Below, one piece after another: positions 15,199 through 25,492 of a stretch of DNA of 32,827 nucleotides; position 1 is the stretch's first letter; each line of letters starts with the position of its first letter. The stretch lies in the IMG/VR virus record IMGVR_UViG_2703718824_000005, one strand, 5' to 3'. The notes beneath the pieces were generated by a model. It ran no database searches and had not been told where the DNA came from. It saw only the letters and a list, made by a program, of their open reading frames with translations. Source of the DNA: a virus. Taxonomy: Duplodnaviria > Heunggongvirae > Uroviricota > Caudoviricetes. Made by a program: the position numbers and the translations under genes.

Positions 15199-15549
15199 AT
15201 GCCACCACGAACCCCAAAAGCCTGCCGTGTTCGCGGCTGCCGCCATACCACAACTGACCCGTCAGGCTATTGCGAAAGCCACAAAAGTGAAGGCTGGAAG
15301 CAATACAAGCCGGGCCAGTCCAGACACCAGCGCGGTTATGGTTCGAAATGGGATGTTATCCGTGAACGTGTGCTCAAGCGTGACAAAGGACTGTGTCAGT
15401 TATGTCTGCGTGGTGGTGTGGTACGTGAGGCGAAAACCGTTGACCACATCATCCCTAAAGCGCATGGCGGCACTGATGCCGACAGCAATCTGCAGAGCCT
15501 GTGCTGGCTGTGTCATAAGGCGAAGACGGCCCGTGAACGGTTGAAGTAA
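15199..15549 (+). CDS. Phage HNH endonuclease, terminase-associated
   Basis: 116 aa; Cys-rich zinc motifs plus the H-N-H core (VDHIIPKAHGGTDADSNLQSLCWLCH); immediately upstream of the small terminase. Confidence 0.85.
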   Translation: MPPRTPKACRVRGCRHTTTDPSGYCESHKSEGWKQYKPGQSRHQRGYGSKWDVIRERVLKRDKGLCQLCLRGGVVREAKTVDHIIPKAHGGTDADSNLQSLCWLCHKAKTARERLK

Positions 15550-15569
15550 GAACCAGCTCCCACTGCCAC

Positions 15570-15636
15570 AGGGGAGGGGCGGGTCAAATCCCTGTGACCT
15601 GACGTCTTCCGGACTGCCCGCCCCATCGTTTTTTTA
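15570..15636 (+). other. GC-rich structured element with T-tract between HNH and terminase genes; candidate cos/packaging site and/or terminator
   Basis: Inverted repeat ggggcggg (15576-15583) / cccgcccc (15617-15624) around an inner ggtca/tgacc hairpin, followed by ttttttt; location typical for cos in HNH-TerS-TerL packaging modules. Confidence 0.3.
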
Positions 15637-15674
15637 TACCCGCGAAAAATGAAATTTAACCAGGAGTGCCGCAT

Positions 15675-16169
15675 ATGGCTGGAACGGCGGGGCGTTCCGG
15701 GCGTCGCCCCAAGCCAACGGCGCGCAAGGCGCTGGCCGGAAACCCCGGCAAGCGAGCCCTGAATAAAGATGAACCTGTTTTTACGCCCATCAAAGGTGTT
15801 GAGCCACCGGAGTGGTTCGCTGAAGAAGATCTCCCTCTCGCTACGATCATGTGGCAACTGACAACTAAAGAACTCTGCGGTCAGGGCCTGCTGTGCGTGA
15901 CTGACCTCGCGGTGCTTGAGCGGTGGTGCGTGGCCTACGAGTTCTGGCGACGTGCCGTGAAAAATATTGCCAGACAGGGCAACACCATCACCGGTGCAAT
16001 GGGCGGTATGGTCAAAAATCCGGAGCTGACCGCCAAAAAAGAACAGGAGTCCGAGATGAGCAGTACGGGGGCAATGCTCGGACTCGACCCCAGCAGCCGC
16101 CAGCGTCTGATTGGCCTGGCGGGGCAGAAGAAAGCCACTAACCCGTTTCTGAAAATCATCGAATCATGA
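15675..16169 (+). CDS. Terminase small subunit (P27 family)
   Basis: ORF 15666..16169 trimmed to ATG 15675 (AGGAG RBS, 8-nt spacer); basic N-terminus [22 protein letters not shown] typical of P27-type TerS; ATGA overlap with TerL. Confidence 0.85.
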   Translation: MAGTAGRSGRRPKPTARKALAGNPGKRALNKDEPVFTPIKGVEPPEWFAEEDLPLATIMWQLTTKELCGQGLLCVTDLAVLERWCVAYEFWRRAVKNIARQGNTITGAMGGMVKNPELTAKKEQESEMSSTGAMLGLDPSSRQRLIGLAGQKKATNPFLKIIES

Positions 16170-17899
16170 GCCGGAAATCTTACCCCAACGTAAATGCTGC
16201 CAATCAGTATGCCCGTGATGTCGTGCGCGGAAATATTGTGGCCTGCCAGTTTGTGATTCAGGCCTGCCAGCGCCATCTTGATGACCTGATGGCGGAAAAA
16301 AGTAAGTCGTTTCGTTACCGCTTCGACAAGGACCTGGCTGAACGGGCCGCCAAATTTATTCAGCTGTTGCCACACACCAAGGGGGAGTGGGCATTCAAGA
16401 GGATGCCCATCACGCTGGAGCCGTGGCAGCTCTTTGTGATCTGCTGTGCGTTTGGCTGGGTCAATAAAGGTACCCGGCTGCGCCGCTTCCGGGAGGTGTA
16501 TACCGAAATCCCCCGTAAGAACGGCAAATCGGCAATCTCTGCCGGTGTCGCCCTGTATTGTTTTGCCTGTGATAACGAGTTTGGCGCGGAAGTGTATTCC
16601 GGTGCCACGACAGAGAAACAGGCGTGGGAAGTCTTTCGCCCGGCGCGACTGATGTGTAAACGCACACCCATGCTGACGGAAGCGTTCGGGATTGAGGTTA
16701 ACGCCTCAAACATGAACCGTCCGGAGGATGGCGCGCGGTTTGAACCGCTGATCGGTAACCCCGGTGATGGTTCATCACCCCACTGTGCGGTGGTGGATGA
16801 ATATCACGAGCACGCCACCGATGCGCTTTACACCACGATGCTTACCGGGATGGGGGCGCGACGTCAGCCACTGATGTGGGCCATTACTACTGCAGGGTAC
16901 AACATTGAGGGGCCGTGCTACGACAAGCGACGGGAAGTTATCGAGATGCTCAACGGGTCGGTACCCAACGATGAACTGTTCGGGATCATCTATACCGTTG
17001 ACGAAGGCGATGACTGGACCGACCCGCAGGTGCTGGAAAAAGCCAACCCGAATATTGGCGTGTCGGTTTATCGCGAATTTTTGTTAAGTCAGCAGCAGCG
17101 TGCGAAAAATAACGCCCGTCTGGCAAACGTCTTTAAAACAAAACACCTCAATATCTGGGTGTCGGCGCGTTCGGCGTATTTCAACCTGGTGAGCTGGCAG
17201 AGCTGCGAGGATAAATCACTGACCCTTGAGCAGTTCGAGGGGCAGCCGTGCATTCTGGCCTTTGACCTGGCGCGTAAGCTGGATATGAACAGTATGGCGC
17301 GACTTTATACCCGCGAGATTGATGGTAAAACGCATTACTACAGTGTGGCTCCGCGCTTCTGGGTACCGTATGACACGGTGTACAGCGTCGAGAAAAATGA
17401 AGATCGCCGGACAGCCGAACGCTTTCAGAAATGGGTGGAAATGGGCGTTCTGACCGTTACCGCTGGTGCGGAGGTGGATTATCGCTACATCCTCGAGGAG
17501 GCCAAAGCGGCGAACAAAATCAGCCCGGTCAGCGAGTCACCCATCGACCCCTTCGGGGCGACCGGGCTCTCACATGACCTTGCTGATGAAGACCTGAACC
17601 CCATCACTATCATTCAGAACTACACCAACATGTCCGACCCGATGAAAGAGCTGGAAGCGGCAATTGAATCGGGGCGCTTTCATCATGATGGCAATCCCAT
17701 CATGACCTGGTGTATCGGCAACGTGGTCGGCAAAACCATTCCGGGTAACGATGATGTGGTGAAGCCCGTCAAAGAGCAGGCGGAAAACAAAATCGATGGT
17801 GCAGTTGCGCTGATTATGGCGGTTGGCAGAGCCATGCTGTACGAGAAAGAAGACACGTTGTCTGACCACATTGAGTCCTACGGGATCCGCTCGCTTTAA
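16166..17899 (+). CDS. Terminase large subunit
   Basis: 577 aa; Walker-A-like RKNGKS; size and position between TerS and portal. Confidence 0.9.
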   Translation: MSRKSYPNVNAANQYARDVVRGNIVACQFVIQACQRHLDDLMAEKSKSFRYRFDKDLAERAAKFIQLLPHTKGEWAFKRMPITLEPWQLFVICCAFGWVNKGTRLRRFREVYTEIPRKNGKSAISAGVALYCFACDNEFGAEVYSGATTEKQAWEVFRPARLMCKRTPMLTEAFGIEVNASNMNRPEDGARFEPLIGNPGDGSSPHCAVVDEYHEHATDALYTTMLTGMGARRQPLMWAITTAGYNIEGPCYDKRREVIEMLNGSVPNDELFGIIYTVDEGDDWTDPQVLEKANPNIGVSVYREFLLSQQQRAKNNARLANVFKTKHLNIWVSARSAYFNLVSWQSCEDKSLTLEQFEGQPCILAFDLARKLDMNSMARLYTREIDGKTHYYSVAPRFWVPYDTVYSVEKNEDRRTAERFQKWVEMGVLTVTAGAEVDYRYILEEAKAANKISPVSESPIDPFGATGLSHDLADEDLNPITIIQNYTNMSDPMKELEAAIESGRFHHDGNPIMTWCIGNVVGKTIPGNDDVVKPVKEQAENKIDGAVALIMAVGRAMLYEKEDTLSDHIESYGIRSL

Positions 17900-17910
17900 C
17901 TGAGGTAATT

Positions 17911-18093
17911 ATGAACATGCTGATTCTCGCGCCTCTGGTGGGCGTGCTGGGGGCGCTTTTGCTGGCGTATGGTGCCTGGCTGATTTATCCCCCGGCGGGG
18001 TTTGTTGTTGCCGGGGCGTTGTGCCTGTTCTGGTCGTGGCTGGTGGCGCGATATCTTGACCGTACACAGTCGTCTGTCGGCGGAGGTAAATAG
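17911..18093 (+). CDS. Small hydrophobic protein (60 aa, two predicted TM helices) between terminase and portal
   Basis: GAGG RBS 6 nt upstream of the ATG; unusual location, so modest confidence. Confidence 0.4.
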   Translation: MNMLILAPLVGVLGALLLAYGAWLIYPPAGFVVAGALCLFWSWLVARYLDRTQSSVGGGK

Positions 18094-19334
18094 TGTTCTT
18101 TTCGGGATTATTTCAACGAAAAAGTGACGCACCGATGACCACGCCAGCAGAGCTGGCGGATGCTATCGGGTTGTCCTACGACACCTATACCGGAAAGCAG
18201 ATCAGCAGCCAGCGGGCCATGCGACTGACGGCGGTTTTTTCCTGTGTCAGGGTGCTGGCGGAGTCGGTCGGGATGTTGCCCTGCAACCTGTATCACCTGA
18301 ACGGCAGCCTGAAGCTGAGAGCCACTGGCGAACGTCTGCATAAGCTGATCTCCACGCATCCCAATGGCTATATGACGCCGCAGGAGTTCTGGGAGCTGGT
18401 GGTCACCTGTCTGTGCCTGCGGGGAAACTTTTACGCCTACAAAGTGAAAGCATTTGGCGAAGTGGCTGAACTGCTGCCCGTCGATCCCGGCTGTGTGGTA
18501 CCGAAGCTTAACAGTAGCTGGGAGCCGATCTATCAGGTCACATTCCCGGATGGCTCCACGGATGTACTGAGCCAGGAGGATATCTGGCATGTGCGCACGC
18601 TGACGCTGGACGGACTGGTGGGGCTGAATCCCATCGCCTATGCCCGCGAGGCAATATCGCTGGCAGCTGCGACCGAAGAGCACGGGGCCAGACTGTTCAG
18701 CAATGGCGCGGTGACGTCGGGTGTGTTGCGTACAGAGCAGACGCTGTCAGATCAGGCTTATGAGCGCCTGAAGAAAGATTTTGAGGAGCGTCACACCGGG
18801 CTTGGTAATGCTCACCGCCCGATGATCCTTGAGATGGGGCTGGACTGGAAGTCGATGGCGCTGAACGCCGAGGACAGCCAGTTCCTGGAAACCCGCAAGT
18901 TTCAGCTTGAAGAAATCTGTCGTCTGTTCCGGGTGCCGTTGCACATGGTGCAGAACACCGATCGCGCCACCTTCAACAATATTGAAGAGCTGGGGCTGGG
19001 ATTTATCAACTATTCACTGGTGCCGTATCTGACCCGCATCGAACAGCGGATCAACACCGGACTGGTACGAAAAAGTAAGCAGGGCGTTTATTACGCCAAA
19101 TTTAACGCCGGGGCGTTACTGCGCGGGGATATGAAGTCCCGTTTTGAAGCCTACGCCACCGGGATCAACTGGGGAATTTACTCTCCCAATGACTGCCGCG
19201 ACCTGGAAGATATGAATCCGCGTCCCGGTGGTGATGTCTATCTCACACCGATGAACATGACCACGAAACCCTCCGATGGCAGTAAGGCCGGTAAGCAGAA
19301 GGATAACGCCAATGCAGACGAAACAACGTCTTGA
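18093..19334 (+). CDS. Portal protein (HK97 family)
   Basis: 413 aa directly after TerL; start uncertain (GTG 18093 with GGAGG RBS, or ATG 18135). Confidence 0.9.
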   Translation: MFFSGLFQRKSDAPMTTPAELADAIGLSYDTYTGKQISSQRAMRLTAVFSCVRVLAESVGMLPCNLYHLNGSLKLRATGERLHKLISTHPNGYMTPQEFWELVVTCLCLRGNFYAYKVKAFGEVAELLPVDPGCVVPKLNSSWEPIYQVTFPDGSTDVLSQEDIWHVRTLTLDGLVGLNPIAYAREAISLAAATEEHGARLFSNGAVTSGVLRTEQTLSDQAYERLKKDFEERHTGLGNAHRPMILEMGLDWKSMALNAEDSQFLETRKFQLEEICRLFRVPLHMVQNTDRATFNNIEELGLGFINYSLVPYLTRIEQRINTGLVRKSKQGVYYAKFNAGALLRGDMKSRFEAYATGINWGIYSPNDCRDLEDMNPRPGGDVYLTPMNMTTKPSDGSKAGKQKDNANADETTS

Positions 19335-19962
19335 TGTACCGCTGAGTCTGAAATCTGTCAGTGACTCCGGTGAGTTTGAAGGGTATGGCTCCGTCTTTGG
19401 TGTAAAGGACAGCCACGATGATGTGGTGATGTCCGGGGCATTTGCTGCTTCCCTGCGGGCGTGGAGTGACAGAAAAGCGTTACCTGCGCTGCTCTGGCAG
19501 CACCGCATGGATGAACCCATCGGTGTTTACACCGAAATGAAGGAAGACGATGTCGGGCTTTACGTCAGGGGACGGTTGCTTATTGATGATGATCCCCTCG
19601 CAAAACGCGCATATGCACACATGAAGGCCGGTTCGTTAACCGGCCTTTCTATTGGGTACGTCCTGAAAGACTGGGAATACGACCGGAGCAAAGAAGCCTT
19701 TCTGCTGAAAGAAATCGACCTCTGGGAAGTCAGCTTGGTGACGTTCCCGTCTAACGACGAGGCGCGGATCAGCGACGTCAAGAACGCACTGGCCCGCGGG
19801 GAAATCCCCGAACAGAAAAAAATCGAAAGAGTCCTGCGTGATGTCGGACTCTCCCGTACCCAGGCCAAAGCATTCATGGCCGGGGGCTATGGCGCACTGT
19901 CCCTGCGCGACGCTGAGGATGTGGGCTCTGCACTGAATGCACTGAAAAATCTGAACTTCTAA
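19312..19962 (+). CDS. Prohead protease (HK97 family)
   Basis: ORF 19276..19962 trimmed to ATG 19312; between portal and major capsid genes. Confidence 0.85.
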   Translation: MQTKQRLDVPLSLKSVSDSGEFEGYGSVFGVKDSHDDVVMSGAFAASLRAWSDRKALPALLWQHRMDEPIGVYTEMKEDDVGLYVRGRLLIDDDPLAKRAYAHMKAGSLTGLSIGYVLKDWEYDRSKEAFLLKEIDLWEVSLVTFPSNDEARISDVKNALARGEIPEQKKIERVLRDVGLSRTQAKAFMAGGYGALSLRDAEDVGSALNALKNLNF

Positions 19963-19976
19963 TCAGGAGAAATACG

Positions 19977-21182
19977 ATGGCGGTTGATATTAAAGATGTC
20001 GAACAGGTCGCGCAGGAGCTGCAGCAGAAGTTTGACGACTTCAAAGCAAAGAACGACAAGCGCGTGGATGCGATTGAGCAGGAAAAAGGCAAGCTTGCCG
20101 GGCAGGTGGAAACCCTGAACGGGAAACTCAGCGAGCTGGAAAATCTCAAAAGCGACCTTGAAAAAGAGCTGCTTGAGCTGAAACGTCCGGCAGGTGGAGC
20201 GCAAAATAAACTGGCCACCGAGCATAAAGAGGCGTTTGTGGGCTTCCTGCGTAAAGGCCGTGAAGACGGTCTGCGCGATCTGGAGCGTAAGGCATTGCAG
20301 GTGGGTACCGATGAAGACGGTGGCTACGCCGTGCCGGAAGAACTGGATCGCAACATTCTTAACCTGCTGAAAGATGAAGTGGTGATGCGTCAGGAAGCCA
20401 CGGTGATCACCGTTGGCGGTTCCGACTACAAAAAACTGGTGAATCTGGGCGGTACGGCTTCCGGATGGGTGGGGGAAACGGATACGCGATCCCAGACTGC
20501 CACCTCCAGACTGGAGCTGATTGAACCTCTCATGGGGGAAATCTACGGCAACCCGCAGGCTACCCAGAAAATGCTGGACGATGCCTTCTTCAACGTGGAG
20601 GCCTGGATCAACAGCGAGCTGGCAACCGAATTTGCCGAACAGGAAGAAATTGCCTTTACCTCAGGCGATGGCACCAAGAAGCCGAAAGGGTTCCTGGCGT
20701 ATGAATCCACTGATGAAACCGACAAGGTCCGGGCGTTCGGCAAACTTCAGCATATTGTATCCGGCGAAGCGACCGCGGTGACCGCAGACGCCATTATCAA
20801 ACTGATTTACACGCTGCGTAAGGCACACCGCACTGGCGCGAAGTTCATGATGAACAACAACAGCCTGTTTGCCATCCGTCTGCTGAAAGACACCGAGGGT
20901 AACTATCTGTGGCGTCCGGGGCTGGAACTGGGGCAGCCGTCCTCTCTGGCGGGTTACGGTATCGCTGAAAACGAACAGATGCCGGATATCGCCGCTGATG
21001 CGAAAGCCATTGCATTTGGTAACTTCAAACGGGGTTACACCATCGTTGACCGTATCGGCACCCGCATTCTGCGTGACCCGTACACCAATAAACCGTTTGT
21101 CGGTTTTTATACCACCAAGCGCACCGGCGGGATGCTGGTCGATTCGCAGGCCATCAAACTGCTGAAGATTGCAGCGGCGTAA
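19977..21182 (+). CDS. Major capsid protein (HK97 fold) with N-terminal coiled-coil delta/scaffold domain
   Basis: 401 aa; N-terminal 100 aa or so is coiled-coil-like (KLAGQVETLNGKLSELENLKSDLEKELLELK); follows the protease gene. Confidence 0.9.
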   Translation: MAVDIKDVEQVAQELQQKFDDFKAKNDKRVDAIEQEKGKLAGQVETLNGKLSELENLKSDLEKELLELKRPAGGAQNKLATEHKEAFVGFLRKGREDGLRDLERKALQVGTDEDGGYAVPEELDRNILNLLKDEVVMRQEATVITVGGSDYKKLVNLGGTASGWVGETDTRSQTATSRLELIEPLMGEIYGNPQATQKMLDDAFFNVEAWINSELATEFAEQEEIAFTSGDGTKKPKGFLAYESTDETDKVRAFGKLQHIVSGEATAVTADAIIKLIYTLRKAHRTGAKFMMNNNSLFAIRLLKDTEGNYLWRPGLELGQPSSLAGYGIAENEQMPDIAADAKAIAFGNFKRGYTIVDRIGTRILRDPYTNKPFVGFYTTKRTGGMLVDSQAIKLLKIAAA

Positions 21183-21188
21183 TCACTC

Positions 21189-21210
21189 AGGGGCGCGGAA
21201 CCGCGCCCCT
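21189..21210 (+). other. Strong GC hairpin (aggggcgcg-gaac-cgcgcccct) just after the capsid gene; attenuator/mRNA-stabilising stem
   Basis: Perfect 9-bp stem; no T-tract, so probably not a full terminator. Confidence 0.4.
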
Positions 21211-21230
21211 GTTCTGACGAGTGAAGAATC

Positions 21231-21431
21231 ATGATCCTGAAACAAGATCTGAAATGGTCACCGGACGGTATGCGTGTTGAGGTCATTCAGGCCGGTGAGT
21301 ATGACGACGGGGCGCTTCCTGCCCGGGTGCAGGAGATTGCACTTCAGGCCGGGTTAGCAGAGCGCGGAATCAGTGCAAAAAGCAGTAAAGCGGCAAAAGA
21401 GAAAAAAGCCACGACCAGTAAAGAGGGCTGA
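21231..21431 (+). CDS. Small hypothetical head-region protein (66 aa)
   Basis: ORF with a moderate RBS between capsid and head-tail connector genes; Lys/Ala-rich C-terminus. Confidence 0.4.
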   Translation: MILKQDLKWSPDGMRVEVIQAGEYDDGALPARVQEIALQAGLAERGISAKSSKAAKEKKATTSKEG

Positions 21432-21433
21432 GT

Positions 21434-21757
21434 ATGCTTCTGACAATGGAAGAGATTAAAGCCCAACTCCGGCTGGATGAGGATTTCGATACTGATGACC
21501 GCCATCTGCAACTGCTGGCATGTGCGGCACAAAAGCGGACGGAAACGTATCTGAACCGGAAGCTCTATGCACCAGATGAAACCATTCCGGACAGCGATCC
21601 GGACGGGCTGCACCTGCCGGATGATATTCGTCTGGGGATGCTGATGCTTATCAGCCATTTTTACGAAAACCGCTCGTCGGTTACGGAAGTGGAGAAACTC
21701 GACATGCCGCAGAGTTTTGGCTGGCTTGTCAGCCCGTACAGGTACTTTCCGCAATGA
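21434..21757 (+). CDS. Head-tail connector (gp6-like DNA-packaging/adaptor protein)
   Basis: 107 aa, typical size and position; overlaps the next gene (ATGA). Confidence 0.7.
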   Translation: MLLTMEEIKAQLRLDEDFDTDDRHLQLLACAAQKRTETYLNRKLYAPDETIPDSDPDGLHLPDDIRLGMLMLISHFYENRSSVTEVEKLDMPQSFGWLVSPYRYFPQ

Positions 21758-22164
21758 AAATTCGTCAGGCGCAGACCAGCGCAACCTACATTCTGCCGGA
21801 CCCCGGTGAACTGAATAAACGCGTCCTGATCCGCCTGCGGGTGGATATGCCCGCGGATAACTTTGGCGTGGAGCCTCAATACCCGGTTACGTTCCGGACA
21901 TGGGCGAAGGTTATCCAGACCAGTGCCACCACCTGGCAGGAAACCGCGCAGACCGGGGACGCCATCACCCATTACATCACCATTCGTTACCGCCGGGGGA
22001 TCACCGCTGATTATGAGGTGGTCTGCGGTGACAGTGTGTACCGGGTGAAACGTCAGCGCGATCTGAACGGGGCGCGGCGCTTTCTGCTGCTGGAGTGTAC
22101 GGAGCTGGGCGAATGTAGGCAGAGTCACGGAGGCAACAATGACGACTTCCTTTTTGCACGTTGA
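21754..22164 (+). CDS. Head closure / head-tail joining protein
   Basis: 136 aa, position and size. Confidence 0.6.
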   Translation: MKIRQAQTSATYILPDPGELNKRVLIRLRVDMPADNFGVEPQYPVTFRTWAKVIQTSATTWQETAQTGDAITHYITIRYRRGITADYEVVCGDSVYRVKRQRDLNGARRFLLLECTELGECRQSHGGNNDDFLFAR

Positions 22165-22645
22165 TTTTCAGCAGCCCGCGGAGATGCGCTTTAACCGCGC
22201 CCGTGTCCGGCGGGCGTTTGTCACGATTGGTCAGCGTCATATGCGTGATGCCCGTCGGCTGGTGATGCGCCGTGCGCGGTCGGCACCGGGTGAAAACCCC
22301 GGTTATCAGACCGGACGCCTGGCTCGTTCGATTGGTTACATGGTACCCAGAGCCAGTAAACATCGCCCTGGTTTTATGGCACGTATAGCCCCTAACCAGC
22401 GTAATGGAGAGGGAAACCGCCGTATCACCGGTGATTTTTATCCGGCTTTTTTGTTCTATGGCGTGAGGCGAGGGGCAAAGCGTCGTCGCAGCCATCATCG
22501 TGGTGCATCCGGTGGCAGCGGCTGGCGACTGGCTCCACGTAATAACTTCATGGTGGAAACGCTTGAAAAGAACCGCAGTTGGACACGCTATTTTCTGGCG
22601 CGGGAATTGCGTAAATCACTGAAGCCGGAGCGACGACACAGATGA
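22139..22645 (+). CDS. HK97 gp10-like tail-component protein
   Basis: 168 aa, GGAGG RBS; basic and Arg-rich; position in the connector cluster. Confidence 0.55.
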   Translation: MTTSFLHVDFQQPAEMRFNRARVRRAFVTIGQRHMRDARRLVMRRARSAPGENPGYQTGRLARSIGYMVPRASKHRPGFMARIAPNQRNGEGNRRITGDFYPAFLFYGVRRGAKRRRSHHRGASGGSGWRLAPRNNFMVETLEKNRSWTRYFLARELRKSLKPERRHR

Positions 22646-23202
22646 AACTGACGCCTGTTATTGCTGCACTGCGTGCCCGCTGTCCGTATTTTGAAAACCG
22701 GGTGGCAGGCGCGGCCCAGTTCAAAAATCTGCCGGAGGTCGGAAAGCTGAGACTCCCGGCGGCGTATGTGGTACCGGGTGATGACTCTCCGGGAGAAAAC
22801 AAAAGCCAGACCGACTACTGGCAGGAGCTGAAAGAGGGCTTCTCCGTGGTTGTCATACTGAGTAACGGGCGTGATGAGCGCGGTCAGTTTGCCTCGTATG
22901 ATGTGGTGGACGATGTCCGGCAGATGCTCTTTAAGGCTCTGCTGGGCTGGAACCCGGAGGCGTGCGGTAACCCGATTACCTATGACGGCGGCACGCTGCT
23001 GGATCTGAATCGTCATGAGCTGATTTATCAGTTCGATTTTTCGGTCATCAGCGAGCTGACTGAAGACGATACCCGCCAGCAGGATGATCTGAACAGTCTG
23101 GATGAACTGCAAACGCTGGCGATTGATGTTGATTATCTCGAGCCCGGTAACGGGCCTGACGGCGATATCGAACATCACACCGAAATAACCCTTCCTTCCT
23201 GA
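22642..23202 (+). CDS. Tail completion / sheath-terminator-like protein
   Basis: 186 aa; position immediately upstream of the sheath gene in a Mu-type tail cluster. Confidence 0.5.
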   Translation: MKLTPVIAALRARCPYFENRVAGAAQFKNLPEVGKLRLPAAYVVPGDDSPGENKSQTDYWQELKEGFSVVVILSNGRDERGQFASYDVVDDVRQMLFKALLGWNPEACGNPITYDGGTLLDLNRHELIYQFDFSVISELTEDDTRQQDDLNSLDELQTLAIDVDYLEPGNGPDGDIEHHTEITLPS

Positions 23203-23210
23203 GGATCCTC

Positions 23211-23381
23211 ATGTTTGTCAAACCTGTTAAAGGGCGGTCAGTTCCTGATCCTGCCCGCGGCGACCTTTTGCCCGCCGAAGGGCGAAATGTTGACGAGAAC
23301 AACTACTGGCTGCGCCGTGAAGCAGCGGGTGATATCCGGCGCGTGAATAAAAAGGTGAATACCGATGACGATAAGCTTTAA
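23211..23381 (+). CDS. Small protein (56 aa) preceding the sheath gene
   Basis: Own translation: MFVKPVKGRSVPDPARGDLLPAEGRNVDENNYWLRREAAGDIRRVNKKVNTDDDKL. GAGGA RBS 5 nt upstream; 3' end overlaps the sheath start. Below the ORF-track cutoff. Confidence 0.4.
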   Translation: MFVKPVKGRSVPDPARGDLLPAEGRNVDENNYWLRREAAGDIRRVNKKVNTDDDKL

Positions 23382-24861
23382 CACCATTCCGTCGAATACG
23401 CTGGTTCCGTTGTTTTATGCGGAAATGGATAACCAGGCGGCGAATACTGCACAGGACAGCGGAGCATCGCTGCTGATTGGTCATGCCAATAACGGTGCAG
23501 AGATTGTTGCCAACAGTCTGGTACTGATGCCGTCGGCAGACTATGCACGCCAGATTTGTGGTGCGGGAAGTCAGCTGGCGCGTATGGTCGAGGCTTATCG
23601 CCAGACTGACCCGTTTGGCGAGCTGTATGTGATTGCCGTTCCTGAATCCACAGGCGCGGCGGCAACGGTTACGCTGACGGTGACCGGGGCGGCAACCGAA
23701 ACCGGCACGGTGAATGTGTATGTGGGACGTACCCGCGTGCAGGCACCGGTGACTAACGGCGATAACGTCACGATGATTGCCAGCAGTATCCAGGATGCCA
23801 TCAATGCCGTTCCGACCCTGCCGTTTACGGCTTCATCTTCGGCAGGCGTGGTCACACTGACCGCGCGTCATAAGGGGCTTTGCGGGAATGAAATTCCTGT
23901 CAGCCTCAATTACTACGGCTTTGGTGGGGGCGAAGTGCTGCCAGCGGGCGTACAGATTGCCGTGGCGACGGGTACCGCCGGAACGGGTGCTCCGGTTCTC
24001 ACCGGCGCGGTGGCTGCAATGGCGGATGAGCCGTTTGATTATATCGGCCTGCCGTTCAACGACACGGCCTCCGTTAACACGCTGGTGACCGAGATGAACG
24101 ATACCAGCGGTCGCTGGAGCTATGCGCGTCAGCTGTATGGTCATGTGTATACGGCAAAGATCGGCACGCTGTCAGAACTGGTGACCGCAGGTGACCAGTT
24201 TAACCAGCAGCACATTACCCTGGCGGGGTACGAAAAAGACACCCAGACGCCTGCCGACGAGCTGGCGGCAAGCCGTACCGCCCGCGCAGCGGTGTTTATC
24301 CGCAACGATCCGGCACGTCCCACGCAGACCGGTGAGCTGGTGGGTATGCAGCCTGCGCCGAAGGGGAAACGGTTCACGATGACCGAACAACAGACCTTGC
24401 TGTCTCATGGCGTGGCAACGGCGTATGTCGAAAGCGGGGTACTGCGCATTCAGCGTGATGTCACCACGTACAGGAAAAACGCTTACGGGGTTGCGGATAA
24501 CAGCTACCTCGACAGCGAGACGCTGCATACCAGTGCGTATGTACTGCGCAAACTGAAATCCGTCATTACCAGTAAGTACGGGCGTCACAAGCTTGCCAGC
24601 GACGGTACCCGCTTTGGTCCCGGTCAGGCGATTGTCACCCCGGCGGTGATCAAAGGGGAACTGCTGGCAACCTACCGTCAGCTTGAGCGTGCGGGGATCG
24701 TGGAAAACTACGAACTTTTTAAGCAGTACCTGGTTGTGGAGCGTGATGCCAGCGATCCGAACCGCCTGAACACGCTGTTCCCGCCTGACTATGTTAACCA
24801 GTTGCGTGTCTTTGCCGTGGTTAACCAGTTCCGTCTTCAGTATTCAGAGGAGTCCGCATAA
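23365..24861 (+). CDS. Tail sheath protein (Mu L-like)
   Basis: 498 aa; followed by the tube gene with ATGA-type overlap. Confidence 0.9.
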   Translation: MTISFNTIPSNTLVPLFYAEMDNQAANTAQDSGASLLIGHANNGAEIVANSLVLMPSADYARQICGAGSQLARMVEAYRQTDPFGELYVIAVPESTGAAATVTLTVTGAATETGTVNVYVGRTRVQAPVTNGDNVTMIASSIQDAINAVPTLPFTASSSAGVVTLTARHKGLCGNEIPVSLNYYGFGGGEVLPAGVQIAVATGTAGTGAPVLTGAVAAMADEPFDYIGLPFNDTASVNTLVTEMNDTSGRWSYARQLYGHVYTAKIGTLSELVTAGDQFNQQHITLAGYEKDTQTPADELAASRTARAAVFIRNDPARPTQTGELVGMQPAPKGKRFTMTEQQTLLSHGVATAYVESGVLRIQRDVTTYRKNAYGVADNSYLDSETLHTSAYVLRKLKSVITSKYGRHKLASDGTRFGPGQAIVTPAVIKGELLATYRQLERAGIVENYELFKQYLVVERDASDPNRLNTLFPPDYVNQLRVFAVVNQFRLQYSEESA

Positions 24862-25217
24862 TGGCCCGTATCGGGGGAACCTGTTATTTCAAAATTGACG
24901 GTCAGCAGCTATCGCTGACCGGCGGCATTGAGGTGCCCATGAACAGGACGGTCAATGATGACATCATCGGCCTGGACGGTTCAGTGGACCGCAAGGAAAC
25001 TCACCGTGCGCCTTATGTTAAAGGGACCTTCAAGGTGCCGAAGAATTTTCCGGTGAGCAAAATCACCTCGTCTGATGAGATGACCATCACTGCCGAGCTG
25101 GCGAACGGTCAGGTCTATGTACTGTCGTCTGCCTGGCTGCACGGCGAAGCGAACCATAATGCCGAAGAAGGGACGGTTGATCTTGAGTTCCACGGTGAAG
25201 AAGGGGATTACCAGTAA
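24861..25217 (+). CDS. Tail tube protein (Mu M-like)
   Basis: 118 aa directly after sheath. Confidence 0.85.
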   Translation: MARIGGTCYFKIDGQQLSLTGGIEVPMNRTVNDDIIGLDGSVDRKETHRAPYVKGTFKVPKNFPVSKITSSDEMTITAELANGQVYVLSSAWLHGEANHNAEEGTVDLEFHGEEGDYQ

Positions 25218-25492
25218 TGAAAGAGCTTGAGTTAAAGAAACCGATTACCGCTCATGGCGAGACACTCTCCGTACTGGAGTTTGATGAGCCCACCGGGAAA
25301 GATGTCCGCGAGCTGGGGTATCCCTACCAGATGAATCAGGATGAGTCCGTCAGACTTCTGGCGCATGTGGTATCGAAATACATTGTGCGGCTGGCGAAAG
25401 TGCCGCAAAACTCTGTCGACCAGATGTCTCCGGCAGACCTGAATGCAGCGGCGTGGCTTGTGGCTGGTTTTCCCTCCAAGCCTGACGGCTGA
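25217..25492 (+). CDS. Tail assembly chaperone (G-like)
   Basis: 91 aa between tube and tape measure. Confidence 0.6.
   Translation: MKELELKKPITAHGETLSVLEFDEPTGKDVRELGYPYQMNQDESVRLLAHVVSKYIVRLAKVPQNSVDQMSPADLNAAAWLVAGFPSKPDG

Noticed and set aside
18108-19520. Minus-strand ORFs 18108..18683, 18747..18944 and 19116..19520 inside the portal gene
   Set aside because: Antisense ORFs in a GC-rich structural gene; His/Gln/Arg-rich translations typical of non-coding frames.
19560-20225. Minus-strand ORFs 19560..19877, 19874..20218 and 19959..20225 opposite the protease and capsid genes
   Set aside because: Ser/Phe/Cys-rich low-complexity antisense translations with no start context; the sense-strand genes are well supported.
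22001-23484. Minus-strand ORFs 22001..22498, 22588..23178, 23048..23302 and 23227..23484 in the tail-connector region
   Set aside because: Antisense to a tightly coupled + strand operon; Arg/His-rich compositions indicate GC-driven spurious ORFs.
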